The notes under the pieces were generated by a model, which saw nothing but the letters and a program-made list of their open reading frames with translations, searched no databases and was not told the DNA's origin. DNA of 64,000 nt. Source: Octopus sinensis (taxonomy: Eukaryota). How positions within the stretch are numbered: the first letter of the stretch is position 1; the number at the start of each line of letters is the position of its first letter. Where the stretch lies: contig NC_043001.1 of NCBI RefSeq assembly GCF_006345805.1, forward strand, positions 128,402,001-128,466,000, written 5' to 3'. Position numbers and translations under genes: made by a program. This document shows, piece by piece, positions 36,250 to 49,604 of the stretch.

Positions 36250-36670
36250 TTAACCTGTTTCAGTCATCGGATTGTGGCCGTACTGGGGCATCACTTTGAA
36301 GAATTTTAGTTGAACAAATTGAGCACAGTACTTTTTTTTTTTTTAAAGCTTGGTACTTATTCTATCAGTCTCTTTGGCTGAACTGCTAAGTTATAAGGAG
36401 GAGTGGTAAACATACCAACACCAGTTGTCAAGTGGTAGTGTGTGTCTGTAGTGAGAGGGGCCCAAACACAAATACACACACACATACATATATATGTACA
36501 TATATACAATGGGCTTCTTTTAGTTTCTGTCTACCAAATCCAATTGCAGGCTTTGGTTGGCTTGAGGTTATAGTAGAAGACATTTGCCAAACATTCAACG
36601 CAGTGAGAACAAACCTGGAACCATGTAATTTAGGAAGCCACCTTCCTACCACACAGCCATGCCTGTGCCT
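36250..36670 (-). mobile_element. Diverged family A SINE
   Basis: Family A head, core and tail recognisable on the minus strand. Confidence 0.75.
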
Positions 36671-36805
36671 AGGTTTTCTACTCTTTTCATAAAGAGTAGT
36701 AATTGTTGTTGAGCTTTGTGTTAGTCTTGATCGAACAGACATATAATCAAAGGTGTTCTATCTGTGAACATCCTGTCTTTCATTGAAGCATGGTTATCTA
36801 GGATC

Positions 36806-37168
36806 ACAGGCATGGCTGTGTGGTAAGAAGCTTGCTTCCCAACAGCATGGGTCTGGGTTCAGTCCCACTGCATGGCACCTTGAGCATGTGTCTTCTACTA
36901 TAGCCTCGGGCCAACCAAAACCTTGTGGGTGGATTTGGTAGACGGAAACTGAAAGGAGCCTGTCATATATCTATGTGTGCATGTCTTTTTCTCTTGACAA
37001 CCAATGTTGGTGTGTTTATGTCCATGTAACTTAATTTGGTAAAAGAGATTGATAGAATAAATACTAGGCTTTAAAAAAAAGTCCTAGGGTTGATTTGTTT
37101 GGCTAAAACTCTTCAAGGTAGTGCCCCAGCATGGCCGCAGTGAAATGCCTGAATCAAAGTAAAAAAAG
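36806..37168 (+). mobile_element. Diverged family A SINE
   Basis: GGCATGGCTGTGTGGTAAG head, CCAGCATGGCCGCAG tail. Confidence 0.78.
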
Positions 37169-38161
37169 GAATGTTTTCTCTTTTTAAGCTGGTTGAGAAA
37201 GGTTTGGCTGCTATTTTTAATAGATTAGGCACTAGGATTACATAATCCAACATGTTCTCTCATGAAGTTGATTGAAGGAGATTTGGCTGCTACTTTTAAT
37301 AGCTTAAGCAACCAATTGAATATGTAAATTTCTTTTCTTCTGGTGACACAATTCAGACTGCTGTCATATCTTAATCTTCTCAGCATTTTCTTAAACTGAC
37401 AGTACTTTTTTCTTGATGTAGATGTCATGAATATATGACTCTAATTGTAATTCTTTTAAATGAAATACTAAGTCTTAACATCAAGAATACCTCATATAGC
37501 CAAATGTAAAAATGCAATTGATTTTATGTCATTACAGCAAAAAGTTATTATCAAAGAAATGCTGTAAATGTGTATTTGTTGTCGGGAGAACATTTACAAG
37601 TGACTGAACAAGATTAAATAAAAATGAAAAAAAAATATATATATTTATGAATTTCCATTATAGTAAAAGAAGCAGATTAGTCTAATTAGTTAATCAAGCA
37701 TTTGTTTTTATTATTTCAAACAATCTTAGAGCATATAGCTTAGTCAGCAATGCATAACAGATCAATGAATGTTTGATTGGACGAAATTATTGAAATCAAA
37801 TAAAAAAATATTGCAAAGTGTTATTTTGGCAGAATTTGTGAGACCGTTGGAAGAATCTCATTGCTGTTTCTGTATTTTTCTCAGCTTTTTATGTTCTGAG
37901 TTTAAATCCCTCTTCATTTCTTTGAGGTGTTGATAACGGATAATAGTAATCTACTCCCAGAGTCACTACACTCGGATAACCCATTCCCTCCCCTCAAAGT
38001 TTCTTGACTTGTGCTTAAATTAGAAGCAATTATTGGTCATGTTAACACACGGATATAAAGTGGAACCAAACATTTATATAATGATTCAGTAAATATGCTC
38101 ATTATTTCCATGCGTAGCATCTAGCTGTTCTCTTTCTTTCAGCAGTAGCATTTATGTCATT

Positions 38162-38162
<1 letters not shown>

Positions 38163-38240
<78 letters not shown>
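38163..38240. repeat. (CT)n microsatellite, ~78 bp
   Basis: Perfect dinucleotide run. Confidence 0.95.
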
Positions 38241-38243
<3 letters not shown>

Positions 38244-38724
38244 CAAGTTGTAGTGCTTGTCCTTTTTTTCCCTTTGTCTCTTTTGGTTGTGGAAGTTGTC
38301 TCTTCTTCCTTCCTTTATCAATAGAAAGATGTTCTTTTGTCATACCTACCATCTTTTTGGTTTCTGAATAAACACACACACAAATGCAGTTTTATAATTT
38401 GACACATATGGAGCTTCGAATAAGAGCAAAAAAAAAAAATCCATTGGCAATTATAGGTAACTTGTGGGTACTGAAATGGTTGATGCCCTCCCCCCAGCTT
38501 GATAAAAGCAGTGCCAACTAAGGTAGGAATTGAACTCAAAAAATATAATGGTCTAAATCTGAATATTGTTAGGCATTTAGTCTGACACCCAACTATTCTT
38601 GCTAGGCGACTTTCCCAATAAAGGTAAAGTATGAAAGTAGATACCTCAGTAAAAAAGTTTTAGTTTATCCTTCTTTACAGAAAAATTTAGTTCTAATGAA
38701 ATATGAACAAATAATATTGCAAAG

Positions 38725-39800
38725 TGGATGTACAAAAGTGCTGAGAGAAAAATTGGGCTTAAGAGGCATCAGATGTGGGGGTTGCACTGGTATGGTCATG
38801 TGATGCAGATGGACGAGGACAGCTATATAAAGAAGTGACAGTCACTAAATGTAGTAGTAACCTGTGAAGACCTAGGAAGACATGAGACAAAGTGGTGGAG
38901 ATTGACCTCAAGATTTTGAGCTTCAGAGAGGAAACGACACAGGACTGAGATGAATGGCAATATGCTGTGCTTGAGCAGACCCATCCATCTCTGCAGAATT
39001 GAGGATCTGCTAAGTTTTCCCTCACAATTCATCTGACATCCACTCTTCTGTCAATCTTCCTTCACTTCTCACTGAACTCCTATTCTCTGCTTTCAACTTA
39101 ATCCCTATCTCTAATCATCTGTCACACTATTCTCACTCAGTGCACTTACCTGTACGTCTACCTTTTATGATCATCTATCCTATTCTGTCTCTTATATTCA
39201 TCTTGTACCTTCACCTCACATCTGTCTCTCATTTTCCTGATGGGCACACCATGTATTCACCTCTTCAGGAGGACACCTGATTCTATCCCTCTGTTCTATC
39301 TTCTACTCAGTTGAGGTGTCTTGTGGGTACATAGTGACCTCACCAGTGCTAGTGCCACATAAAAAGCTCCCAGTACACTGTGGAGTAGTTGGCTATAGGA
39401 AGGGCATCCAGCTGTAGAAACATGTATTCACTTCTTCAGGAGGACACCTGATTCTATCCCTTTGTTCTACAGCATCCAGCTGTAGAAACATGTATTCACC
39501 TCTTCAGGAGGACACCTGATTCTTTCTCTCTATCCTAGTTTCTTATCCCTCTGTTCTATCTTCTACTCAGTTGAGGTGTCTTGTGGGTACATGATGACCT
39601 CACCAGTGCTAGTGCCACATAAAAAGCTCCCAGTACACTGTGGAGTAGTTGGCTATAGGAAGGGCATCCAGCTGTAGGAACTGTGCAAAGCAGACGTAGA
39701 ACCAGGCACAGCCCTCTGGCTTGTCTGTTCTTGTTGAACCGTCCAACCCATGTCAGCATGGATAAAGGGATGTTAAATTATTGTAATGATGATGATGTAA
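38725..39800 (+). mobile_element. RTE-type LINE 3' fragment with internal duplications in the 3' UTR
   Basis: LREKLGLRGIRC..LHWYGHVMQMDED at ~38740-38820; pyrimidine-rich UTR; family R terminus at 39600-39800. Confidence 0.75.
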
Positions 39801-40028
39801 ACAGCTTTTGGTGTGTGATTATGAAGGCATGATTAAACATAACTAATCTGGTAAACTGTCATAAAAGGTTTATTCTCCGTGCACCAAAATGACCGAATAG
39901 TGATATACGTATTACAAAGCAATGATAAGCCTAATTAGCTAATGAAATGAGCTTTTCTGGCTTTTTTCTTTTTTCTTTTTAAACTGCAAAATATCTAACG
40001 ACAGTATTAAAATTGATTTTTCTTGCAG

Positions 40029-40070
40029 TGTTTGATTCAGTGCTCAGTCTTGTTAAATCATCAAGTTAAA
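40029..40070 (+). other. Candidate 42-nt exon
   Basis: Acceptor TTGATTTTTCTTGCAG, donor AAA|GTATGA; one open frame, CLIQCSVLLNHQVK. Confidence 0.25.
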
Positions 40071-40858
40071 GTATGAGACATAGAAAAACATCTGATGTTT
40101 GAGTTTGCTGAAAGATTTATTTCTCTGTTGATGCTGTTATAGCTGGAATTGTCAACAATATTCTCAAACAAACTAATGCAAACATTTAGCAGTATCTTAA
40201 AAAGTCAGTTGATAAGTTTAGTAATTCTACAGGTTTCTGTTATGGTTTTCTAAAATTTGCTTTTTATATATACTTACAGGAAATGTTATAGTTCTGCTGT
40301 AAAATCTTTGTCAGCACAATGTTGATGTTCTAACCCTGTTTTTGTTTTTCTTTTTTTCTTTATCCTCAACTCACAGTTAATCCTGCAATAATACATACAT
40401 ATATATTTATATATCTGTGTGTGTGCGTGCACATATATGTATATAATTAAAGGTATTAAAAAAGCATTGTTTTCAATATCAGTATTTAACACCAATTAAT
40501 AAAATATTCTCATATCATTTTTATTAAGAAGTTAATAGGTACAAATAGTTAAGAATCCATTTGAATAATTAAATTAAGATAGCTGATATTATGTCAGTAA
40601 GTTATATTTTTTTAATTATTAACAATTAGCCAATATCTTAATGACAAAAAGTGAAAATGAAAGAAATATTTTTAAAAAATAAATAGAATAGAAGAAAGAA
40701 TGTAATTCAAACAGAACAAAAAATTGATGCATTGAAGAAAAACATTATTAATTTTGTTTTTGCAATTGGAAATGACAATGGACTGAGATGTCTGGCGAAG
40801 TTCTAGAAGCGCTGTGTGTCTCACACACTCTACCACAACAAACCAAACTATATATCTA

Positions 40859-41358
40859 CTAGCAGTATTGCCCGGCGTTGCTCGGGTTTGTAAGGGAAAT
40901 AACTATATAAGCATTTTTAGAGAGTTATAGCCCAAAAATAGCAAAAAAAATGCATTAAAAATGGGAAAAAAAATTATGGTAAATTTTTTTTTAAATCGTA
41001 GACTCATTGTAGACATTTTTAGAGAGTTACTTCCCTTATATAATAGCGAAAAAATGCATTAAAATGGGAAAAAATGATGGTAAATTTTTTTAAAAATCGT
41101 TGACTCATCATAGACATTTTTAGAGAGTTACTTCCCTTATATAATAGCGAAAAATGCATTAAAACGGAAAAAAATGATGGTAAATTATTTTTTAAATCGT
41201 AGACTCATCGTAGATGCGCGCTAATACCCAGAAGGGCACGATATGAATCACGACTATTAGAAACCCGCTTTTGGTTACACTGCACTGCAAAATGTGGGAG
41301 TAGTTAGGAATCTAAATCGTAGGAGACAGACACACAACTTGACTTTTATATATAAAGA
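40859..41358 (-). mobile_element. Non-autonomous Helitron (second copy, one extra internal repeat unit)
   Basis: A|CTAG-CAGTATTG-CCCGGCGTTGCTCGGG at the left end, TATATAAAGA|T at the right; reverse complement of 25840-26219. Confidence 0.88.
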
Positions 41359-41968
41359 TATCTCTTCCTCATATTTTTGCTTCATGCACTATGCTTACCT
41401 CTCACTCCCCAATCCTGTTCTCTTGGCCCTGTGCCACTGTATCTTTGTTCTTTGCTAGCCCTTGACCTGTGTGTTCCACCCACACATAACAAGATAACTT
41501 TTCACTCACCCCACCCCAACAAACCAATCTACATCGCCACATCACTTCTCTGCCTCATCACTTCTCTGCCTCACATTTCCTCCTTCATACACTATGCCTA
41601 GCTCTCACTCCCTAATCCTGCCTTGTTCCTCTGTGTCAATGCTATCCAGTAGCCACCTCAACTCTATATATACCTAGGTTTTCGACACTCACTCCCCCCC
41701 ACTCCACACTCTTTAATCACACTTCCTTCACAATATCCTGCCACTTATATTATGGTGTTCAAACCTCAAGGGTATGTCCTGGCACTTGCCACCATCTATA
41801 TTTCTCTCTTCCTTTACTCAACCATCCAAATATATTCTGATCCTCAGCATTTTATCACCATCTCTATCTTGCTGTCTCCCACTCTCTCTCTCTCACTCTC
41901 CTTCTCCTGCACTTACCTCAGGTTGGGTATCCATGTATTTCTTTTGTGGTAGCACACATGTTTCTGTC

Positions 41969-41989
<21 letters not shown>

Positions 41990-42008
<19 letters not shown>

Positions 42009-42445
42009 TCCAAGGCCAGGTAACCTTGTAGCAAGACACTTGCTTCTGTCTCATTATAACCTTTCATCACCTGACACAAGATCACCTCTTCCAATGGGCT
42101 CTTCTCTTGAAAGTTTTTTTTTATTTTGTCTTGCAAGTACTTGGTAACCCTGTCAGCACAGGTGCCACTTAAAAGCACCCAGGCCACACTGTAAAGTGGT
42201 TTGTGTTCGGAAAGGCATTCAGCTGTAAAAACCTTGCCAAAACTGACCTCGTCTGTGCTTGTACCATGTAAAAAGCACTAAGTCCACTCTGTTGAGTGGG
42301 TGGTGTTAGGAAGGACATCCAGCTGTAAAAATCCTGCCAAAACAGTCACAGAAGTTTGGTGAATGCTTTTGCCTGGTCAGCTCTTGTGAAACCATCCCAC
42401 CCATGCTAGCTTGAAAGGCAGACGTTAAATGATGATGGTGATATC
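41990..42445 (+). mobile_element. Family R-related 3' UTR element, preceded by a pyrimidine-rich tract from ~41375
   Basis: GTTAGGAAGGACATCCAGCTGTAAAA ... CCCATGCTAGC ... GACGTTAAATGATGATG. Confidence 0.6.
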
Positions 42446-43392
42446 TGGTTTGCAAGATTCTTTATGAGAATTCATGTGTTGAAACAAATTTTATTGTCTG
42501 GGGAGAGTCTTAATATCTGACACACTCACTGGTTCAATTTCCACTCATTATTTATATTTTTTCTTTCCAAAATTTTTGTTGTTTTTACATCCTTGTCAAT
42601 GGATGTTGTCTCTGTTCGTTAATTATTGTTTATTATGAAAAGTAAACTTAAGGAGTCAGAGTATCCAATGTAATTTCTGACAGACTTGATCTCAGTCAAA
42701 AAAAAGCACATCCAATTGTACACTTGTTGCTGGAAAAGGCAATGCTATAATTTATGCTAAAATGACAAATATGGAATATATGGAGAATTGCTTTCCCTAA
42801 AACCATACCCCAGTGCAAAATGAAATAAGTTTTGGGAGTGGCAATCCATTTATGGGTGTATATAAACATAGATGTACTCATTTGTCCGTGTGTGTGTGTG
42901 TGTATGAACAAAGATGTACTCATTTATCCATGTGTGCATGCGTGTCTTTAAATGTAGATGTGTGCATATATATATATATAAATTAGACTGATATACTCAT
43001 ATATGTATGCCTAACATAAACCAGACTAGTTTAAGGAATAACATCTGTTCACTTCCTATTTACGTTGAAAGAGTGTTATTTCTGAGTGCTGACAACATTC
43101 ACATGTGTTCACATTATAAACAATGGTTTTGCTAATGGTGTCAACCGCTTGCAGTTCACCACAAAAGTATACTTTGGTTTTTTTGACATGTCTTGACTTT
43201 TTGCAGTCTTTGTAAACAAAAGACTCATACATACAGTGTGGGGGTTTTTTGTCCCCACCTCACCCAGTTCTCTGCCTAAGCATGTTTGGGCTGTTTGCTG
43301 TACTAGAGATAAGGAGATTATTACCTTCCTTGTGAACAGGTGGTGGGGTGAAGCAGGAAGGGCATCTGGCCCACAACTGATACAGTATAAAC

Positions 43393-43962
43393 CAGTGTTT
43401 CTCAACCGAGGGCCATATAACATTTTTGATTGTCCACATAACAAAATAGTAAATCGGATATCCACAATAGTATTTTAACCCTTTAGCATTTAAACCGGCC
43501 ATATCCAGCCAAAAGTATTCTGCCTGTTTTATGTTCAAACTAGCCCTATCTGGTCTCTCACACCAACCCTACAATATTGTTTTAAAAATTAACAGCTACC
43601 ACATCAAAATCTCAAAGCTACCACATCAAAATCTCAAAGCTACAAGATAATGCATGATTAGTTCAAAGCAATGTGGATAAATAAGTATTAATTTTGGCAG
43701 AATAATGTGAACACTAAAGGGTTAAGGGCCCCTGAAAAAATTTTGCTTTAGACTTTATATTTTGGTTATGTATTGCAAGAAACAGATAGGTTTCTTTTTT
43801 ACATAGTTCAACCTACATGAGTTAATGTGTGAAAAACAATATAGGAATTTTGAAAGAAGTTTCTATAAAACTAGTTTTTAGACATCAGATGGGGCTGGGG
43901 GTCCACCAAAATAAAATAGTAATCAGAAGAGTCCATAGGTAAAAAATGGTTGAGATCCTTTG
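43393..43962. mobile_element. hAT (Charlie-like) MITE containing a nested family P MITE (43479-43721)
   Basis: TIR CAGTGTTTCTCAACC / GGTTGAGATCCTTTG; 8-bp TSD GTATAAAC / GTATAAGC; inner element TTAA-flanked. Confidence 0.75.
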
Positions 43963-44639
43963 GTATAAGCCATAGGCCCTTTAGTCTGTATTCTTGTATC
44001 CTGGTCACTTGTTCAGCTGCAGCTGTCTTTTGGTATATATTTACAAGAAAATGTTGCTCTTCAAATGTAAAGCCTACAAGTTTATGTAAGTTATAGGAAA
44101 AGGTTTATTACCTTGAGCACAGTATATATTACTATTTATTTTTCTATTTTTAGTAGAATATTATGTAGGATTTGAACTCAAGAATTTCTAACATAGTATT
44201 TACTTCAACATCTAAGTAGATATCATAAAGCAATGGTTCTTAGATTGATAAATATCAGCCTCCCCACTCAAATGATTAGTGAAACTTTTGGGCCTTCCTT
44301 GCCTCCTTATTTTCATTAATGACGAGACAAATTAGAGCTTGCATCTTTGTAATTCTTTCTTCACCATGGTGTTGGACAAGATATGAACATTCAAAACCAT
44401 CTCAATTTCTTGAAACAGGGCAATTCTTTTCCCCCTCTCCCTACTCAAATCACACAGGCCGTTCCTTCCCAATAAGAAGCACTACTTGCTATAAAGTATG
44501 GATTTCAATTCTCTTTCACCATACCAAATAGTCTTCTCTTCCTATGCACACAACAAAGTTAAATATAAATAACATTGTCACTCTTTCCTAAATGTGAATA
44601 TCCATGTAGCTCCTCTACAACAAGAACCTGCTCTGTTCC

Positions 44640-44900
44640 ATCCCTTTCTCTCAGACTATGACCCCTCATCTGCTAGCACAAAGCTACTTCCTTAAAATTT
44701 TGTAGGCTTGCAAGCTCCATGTTGACCTCACTAATGCCACTGGGACAAGAAAAGTGGTTGGTATTAGGAAGGGCACCCATCTGCAGAAGCCATGCCAAAA
44801 CAGGCATTGGTGCATTGTGTAGTCTTTGAAACCATCAGATCCTGTTAAACCATCCAATTCATACCAGCATGGAACATGGATGTTAAATGATGATGTTGAT
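44640..44900 (+). mobile_element. Degenerate family R copy
   Basis: GGTATTAGGAAGGGCACCCATCTG ... CCAGCATGGAACATGGATGTTAAATGATGATG. Confidence 0.6.
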
Positions 44901-44996
44901 GGTTGTGGTTAGAGTTGATCAATTTTGTTCTGTTGTGGACATGTATTTATGTAAGTTAAGTATTAAGTATTGAATAATTTAACATTTAGTTATTAA

Positions 44997-45238
44997 GGGG
45001 ATCTTTTCTAAAAGATGGACAGAATTTCCTACTTAACTAAATAATTTGAAACTTGGTATACTGGTAGAAAGTGTCAAAAGAAAACATTAATTTCAATTAG
45101 TTTTTTGGAGAAAAATGTATTTTCTAACTTTTACGTAGTTTAATTCTTCGAATTTTAACCAATCGTATTCTCTGTTTTGAGCTGAATTCATTATTTAGTT
45201 AAGTAGGAAATTATGTCCATCTTTTAGAAAAGATCCTA
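44997..45238. mobile_element. MITE with ~50-bp TIRs, TTAA-flanked (possibly Kolobok-like)
   Basis: GGGGATCTTTTCTAAAAGATGGACAGAATTTCCTACTTAACTAAATAAT vs ATTATTTAGTTAAGTAGGAAATTATGTCCATCTTTTAGAAAAGATCCTA. Confidence 0.7.
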
Positions 45239-45905
45239 TTAAGGGATTCTTAAATACTTCCTTCCCAATGAGACAAAATCTTTTCTCAAATCTGTGGCTA
45301 TGCTGTTATCCATGTCCCATATTCAGCCTGTAGTTTTGTTCTCTAATTTTTGTTTTACATCTGCTTAGTAGCTTACAAAAGAACAACTGATTTTTCTCTC
45401 TTTGTTCATTATAATATTTGCAGTCTTTGGCATTCATTGTTCTTTGTTTCCTCCAGAATGCTGTTTTGCTAAACTTTATTTCTAATTATGCTCTGTTTTG
45501 ATAACATTCTATTCTAGTTATAGCCTGTTTGATTAAACCTCACATGTAATTATCTTCTGTTGGATAATACTCATAATTTGTCTTTATCTCTCTCTCTCTC
45601 ACTTTTTTTATTTTTTTAACAAACATTTATCTCTTGATATACCCTGAATTGATAGTTGTTATCTCTACAAAAAGCCCCATTCATAAACAACCCACTGCTA
45701 AAACTAACATACTTCTTACAGGGGCATGGGTTTACAAGCTCCCTAAAGCATCTAGATTCAGTACATCACATAGATGAAATTTGTAACAAGGCCAGAAAAT
45801 ACTGGTACCCCACCTTCACCTCTGTCAGAATTTTGCATTGTTCTGGAACACCCTATTTTTTTCTTTTCCATCCACTAATTATTGTTTGACCTAAATATCA
45901 ATTAA

Positions 45906-46115
45906 CTGTTTGGCATTCAAATAACTCTGTTTAATGCTTATTTATTCACATTGTTTTGAATTAAACATGCATGTAGCTTTGAGATTTCATTGGCGTGACT
46001 GTTTATTTTTAGACTGACATTATTAGGTAGGTCTGAGAGGTTAGATCTAGTCAGCTTATATATAAAACAGGTAGGATATTTTGGACCAGATATGGCCTGT
46101 TTCTGTGCTCAAGGG
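45906..46115 (-). mobile_element. Family P MITE (diverged)
   Basis: Body matches family P; right end AAGGG|TTAA. Confidence 0.7.
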
Positions 46116-47492
46116 TTAAATCAACCTCATGCAACCCCTATCTCTCTGTCTAAAAGAACTTAAGAAGGATGTCAGTATGACCTCATTTTATCAGACTAAC
46201 TTTAAAAAAAATATCAATTTTCATTGATTGATCCCTGGTTAGCCATTCTATGTTCAATATTGATTCCTCTCCATTAAATTGTTCTGTTATTATTCTTAAA
46301 CTAGCTTTAAATATTAACCTCATTTTAACAGTTAAAGTTTTTAATAACCTTGTAATCATTATTATAAGATTATAGTTATTCTTTCATTAGGTACCTAGAG
46401 CTTCATCTTTAAATATTTGAAGTGAGAGTAGGAGGGAAAGGAACTATCAGTTATCAGCTAATGCCAATTAACTTGTACTCAGCAGCACTCACTAAACCAC
46501 AGTTCACTTTCTTTCTTTTTCTTTTTATTTGCAAGAATACTGCACTGTTGCTTTTGGGATGTAGGGTATCAGTATTCTTGTTCTACTTTGTTTCTGACAT
46601 ACTTAGAATCCTTATCAAAGAAAATATATTTCTTTCTCCAAAGCTGAAAATAAAATCTAAAATGAGCTACATTTTGGCATTATATAATTTGGATATTTTT
46701 GGTGATAGAAAAGATTATCTTGTTTGTAGGTTATCGTTGAATCCACATCTGAATGCAACAGCTGTGGCACGTTATACTGTAATAATATAATACAAAAAAA
46801 TTATATATACTGTAATAATGATAATACAAAAAAATTGCTTCCTGTCTGCTGGGTGAATTTAAGGCAACACTACAAAATAAGATTGAAAGGTCTTTCATAG
46901 AAAAACTACAAAGTGAACACTAGATATTTGATAAAGAGCAGCCAGTCTAGTGACCTGACATAATATGAAATGATTTATCTGAACCTGACATGAAATTGTT
47001 TAAGGTTCAAGGTGAGTTGAAAGAAGAAAATATATAAATAGATTTTATCTAATCTCTGTTATCACATAAGTGTGTGTGCACATATGCACATGATGAAAAG
47101 CAGGTAGGGTTAGATGTGGTAACTGGTGGCAAGTTTCAGTAAATGTAGTTTGTAACAGGCAGAGATGAGTTAGTGTGAAGAGAGAGAGAAAAAAAAAGAA
47201 GAAATAAGTTTAAGAATTTAGTTTGTCTCTGTGGAAATTTACAGGTGGTGTGAATGGGCCAAAAAAAAAAATAAATAAAAAAAAGTAAGTAAAATAGTGT
47301 ACTACGAAGAAATAACAACCAAACCAAATAATGGAAGAAATAACAACCAAACTGCAATGAAAACAAAAGTGATGGTCACGAATGAAATTGGGTCTGTTTC
47401 GTTCAGGTTAGCCCTAACAAACCAAACCTATGATCTAATGTATCAAATTAGTAGAGTTGTTATGGGATCAGATAGAGAAGCTGGTGGTTAAA

Positions 47493-47722
47493 GCAGCGAG
47501 CTGGCAGAAATGTTCGCATGCCGGGCGAAATGCTTAGCGGTATTTCATCTGGCGCAACGTTGTGAGTTCAAATTCCGCCGAGGTCGACTTTGCCTTTCAT
47601 CCTTTCGGGGTCGATAAATTAAGTACCAGTTATGCACTTGGGTCAATGTAATCGACTTAATACCTATGTCTGTCCTAGTTTGTCCCCTCTAAGTTTAGCC
47701 CCTTGTGGGTAATAAAGAAATA
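47493..47722 (+). mobile_element. Family N SINE
   Basis: Near-identical to 33985-34211. Confidence 0.85.
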
Positions 47723-48256
47723 GGTATTTGTTCCAACTCTCTGCCTTCAGAGTTCAAATCCTTCTGTGGTTCTCTTTGCCTTTCATCTTTGAGGTACCAA
47801 TCAGGAGCCAGTAAGATTGGTGGAACTGTCAAAACATCAGACCAAGTGCCTTGTGGTTTCTGCTTTAGCTCCTTGCATTTTGAGTTCAAATCTTGTGATA
47901 GCTTACCTGGTGATTACATCTAACACCAGGTAGATGTAACCTGTTGGCAGGTTTAATACCAGCACCTAGCACCTTTACAGCATTAGCTGAGCCCAGTCTG
48001 TTGCAAGCATTCTGGTCAGGCCCCTCATTTCATGATCTCTTTCTCCCTTGGCCTTCACCAGTCATGGGGACCCTGCAAAGTGCCATGGGCACTGCCTTTC
48101 CTCCTAAGTAAAAGATGAGAAAAAGAAGAAAAACTGAGATTTGCCCATCTTTTTTTTTTTTTACCAGCACTTGTATCAAGGATGGCATTATCCAGTGTTC
48201 TCTTCTTTTAGGACAGTAGGGTGCAATTTAAAGGAGATTCTTCCCTCCTAATTAAA

Positions 48257-48645
48257 TGCTTCAGTCATTAGACTGTGACATGCTGTGTCACTGCCTTTAA
48301 GAGCTTTTAGTTGAATGAATTGACTCTAGTACTTATTTATAAGTACTTATTAATAGACCTGGTACTTATTCTATTGGTCACTTTTTGCCGAACTGCAAAG
48401 TTACAGGAACATAAACAAACCAACACCATTTGTCAAATAGTGGTGTGGGACAAACATACACATATATATATATACACATACAACAGGCTTCTTTCAGTTT
48501 CTATCTACCAAATCCCCACTCACAAGGCTTTGGTCAGCCTGAGGCTATAGTAGGAGACACTTGCTCAAGGTGCTCCACAGTGGGACTGAACCTGGAGTCA
48601 TGTGGTTGGGAAGCAAGCTTCTTACCACACAGCCATGCTGCACCT
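48257..48645 (-). mobile_element. Diverged family A SINE
   Basis: Family A head, core and tail on the minus strand. Confidence 0.75.
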
Positions 48646-49017
48646 ATGCTAATTTTCTCTGAAGTTGTTTTAATGGTTTCTTTTCCTACATAGATTTGAC
48701 TTGGAGTAGTCTGCAATGTGGTAATGTGGTACCTTCAGCTTGCATTATCATCTCATGACAACCTAGTAATATTTTGTCTGAAAGAGTTTGATATCTCCAG
48801 TGTTTCTTGGTCTACTTTCATTATCAGCACAGCTGCATTCCAGATGAGAACTGACAATTAAAACACAAGATGCAGATGGTCATTGGTAAAAGTGAGGTAC
48901 CGAGGCAAACACTTGTTCTTACACATAAGTTCTCCATACACTCATGGTTGTGAGCTATGCACAAAAACATACACGTCTTCAGATACACTTACAATATGTA
49001 TATGAGATGAACATACT

Positions 49018-49353
49018 GAGACCCCCTTCGGTCACGACGCAGACCATGGGATTGCACCTAGAAAGTTACCCTCCCAGGCACAAGTCCGGGCAAGGTTGTT
49101 TATGGAAGACCAGCAGTCGCCCATGCATACCGGCCTCCCCTCTCCACGCCACCAGTGTTATCCAAGAGAAAGGCAAAGGCCGATACAGCTTGGCACCTGT
49201 GACGTCGCAACTCATTTCTACAGCTGAGTGAACTGGAGCAACATGAAATAAAGTGTCTTGCTCAAGAACACAACATGCAGCCTGGTCCGGGATTCGAGCT
49301 CACAACCTCACAATCGTAAGCTTGACACTCTAACCACTGAGCCATGCGCCTTC
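49018..49353 (-). mobile_element. Family B SINE
   Basis: Reverse complement of 24996-25310; flanking repeat AGATGAACATAC on both sides. Confidence 0.85.
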
Positions 49354-49403
49354 ACATAGATGAACATACATACATAGTAAATATACATGTCTATACCTTA
49401 GAT

Positions 49404-49604
49404 CAGTGCTTTTCAAACTTTTTGCTGGAGTGGAACCCCAAGAAAACATTTCACTGGCTCGAGGAACCCCTGTGCAATAATTTAATAGTCTTATGCACAC
49501 ATATTTGCACAGGAGAATTAAAAATTACTGTCGATTTTAGCATTTTTGTAACTTCTTGCGGAACCCCTGGACTGTACTGGCGGAACCCTGGTTGAAAACC
49601 ACTG
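49404..49604. mobile_element. hAT (Charlie-like) MITE, 201 bp
   Basis: TIR CAGTGCTTTTCAA / TTGAAAACCACTG; perfect 8-bp TSD CCTTAGAT at 49396-49403 and 49605-49612. Confidence 0.88.
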
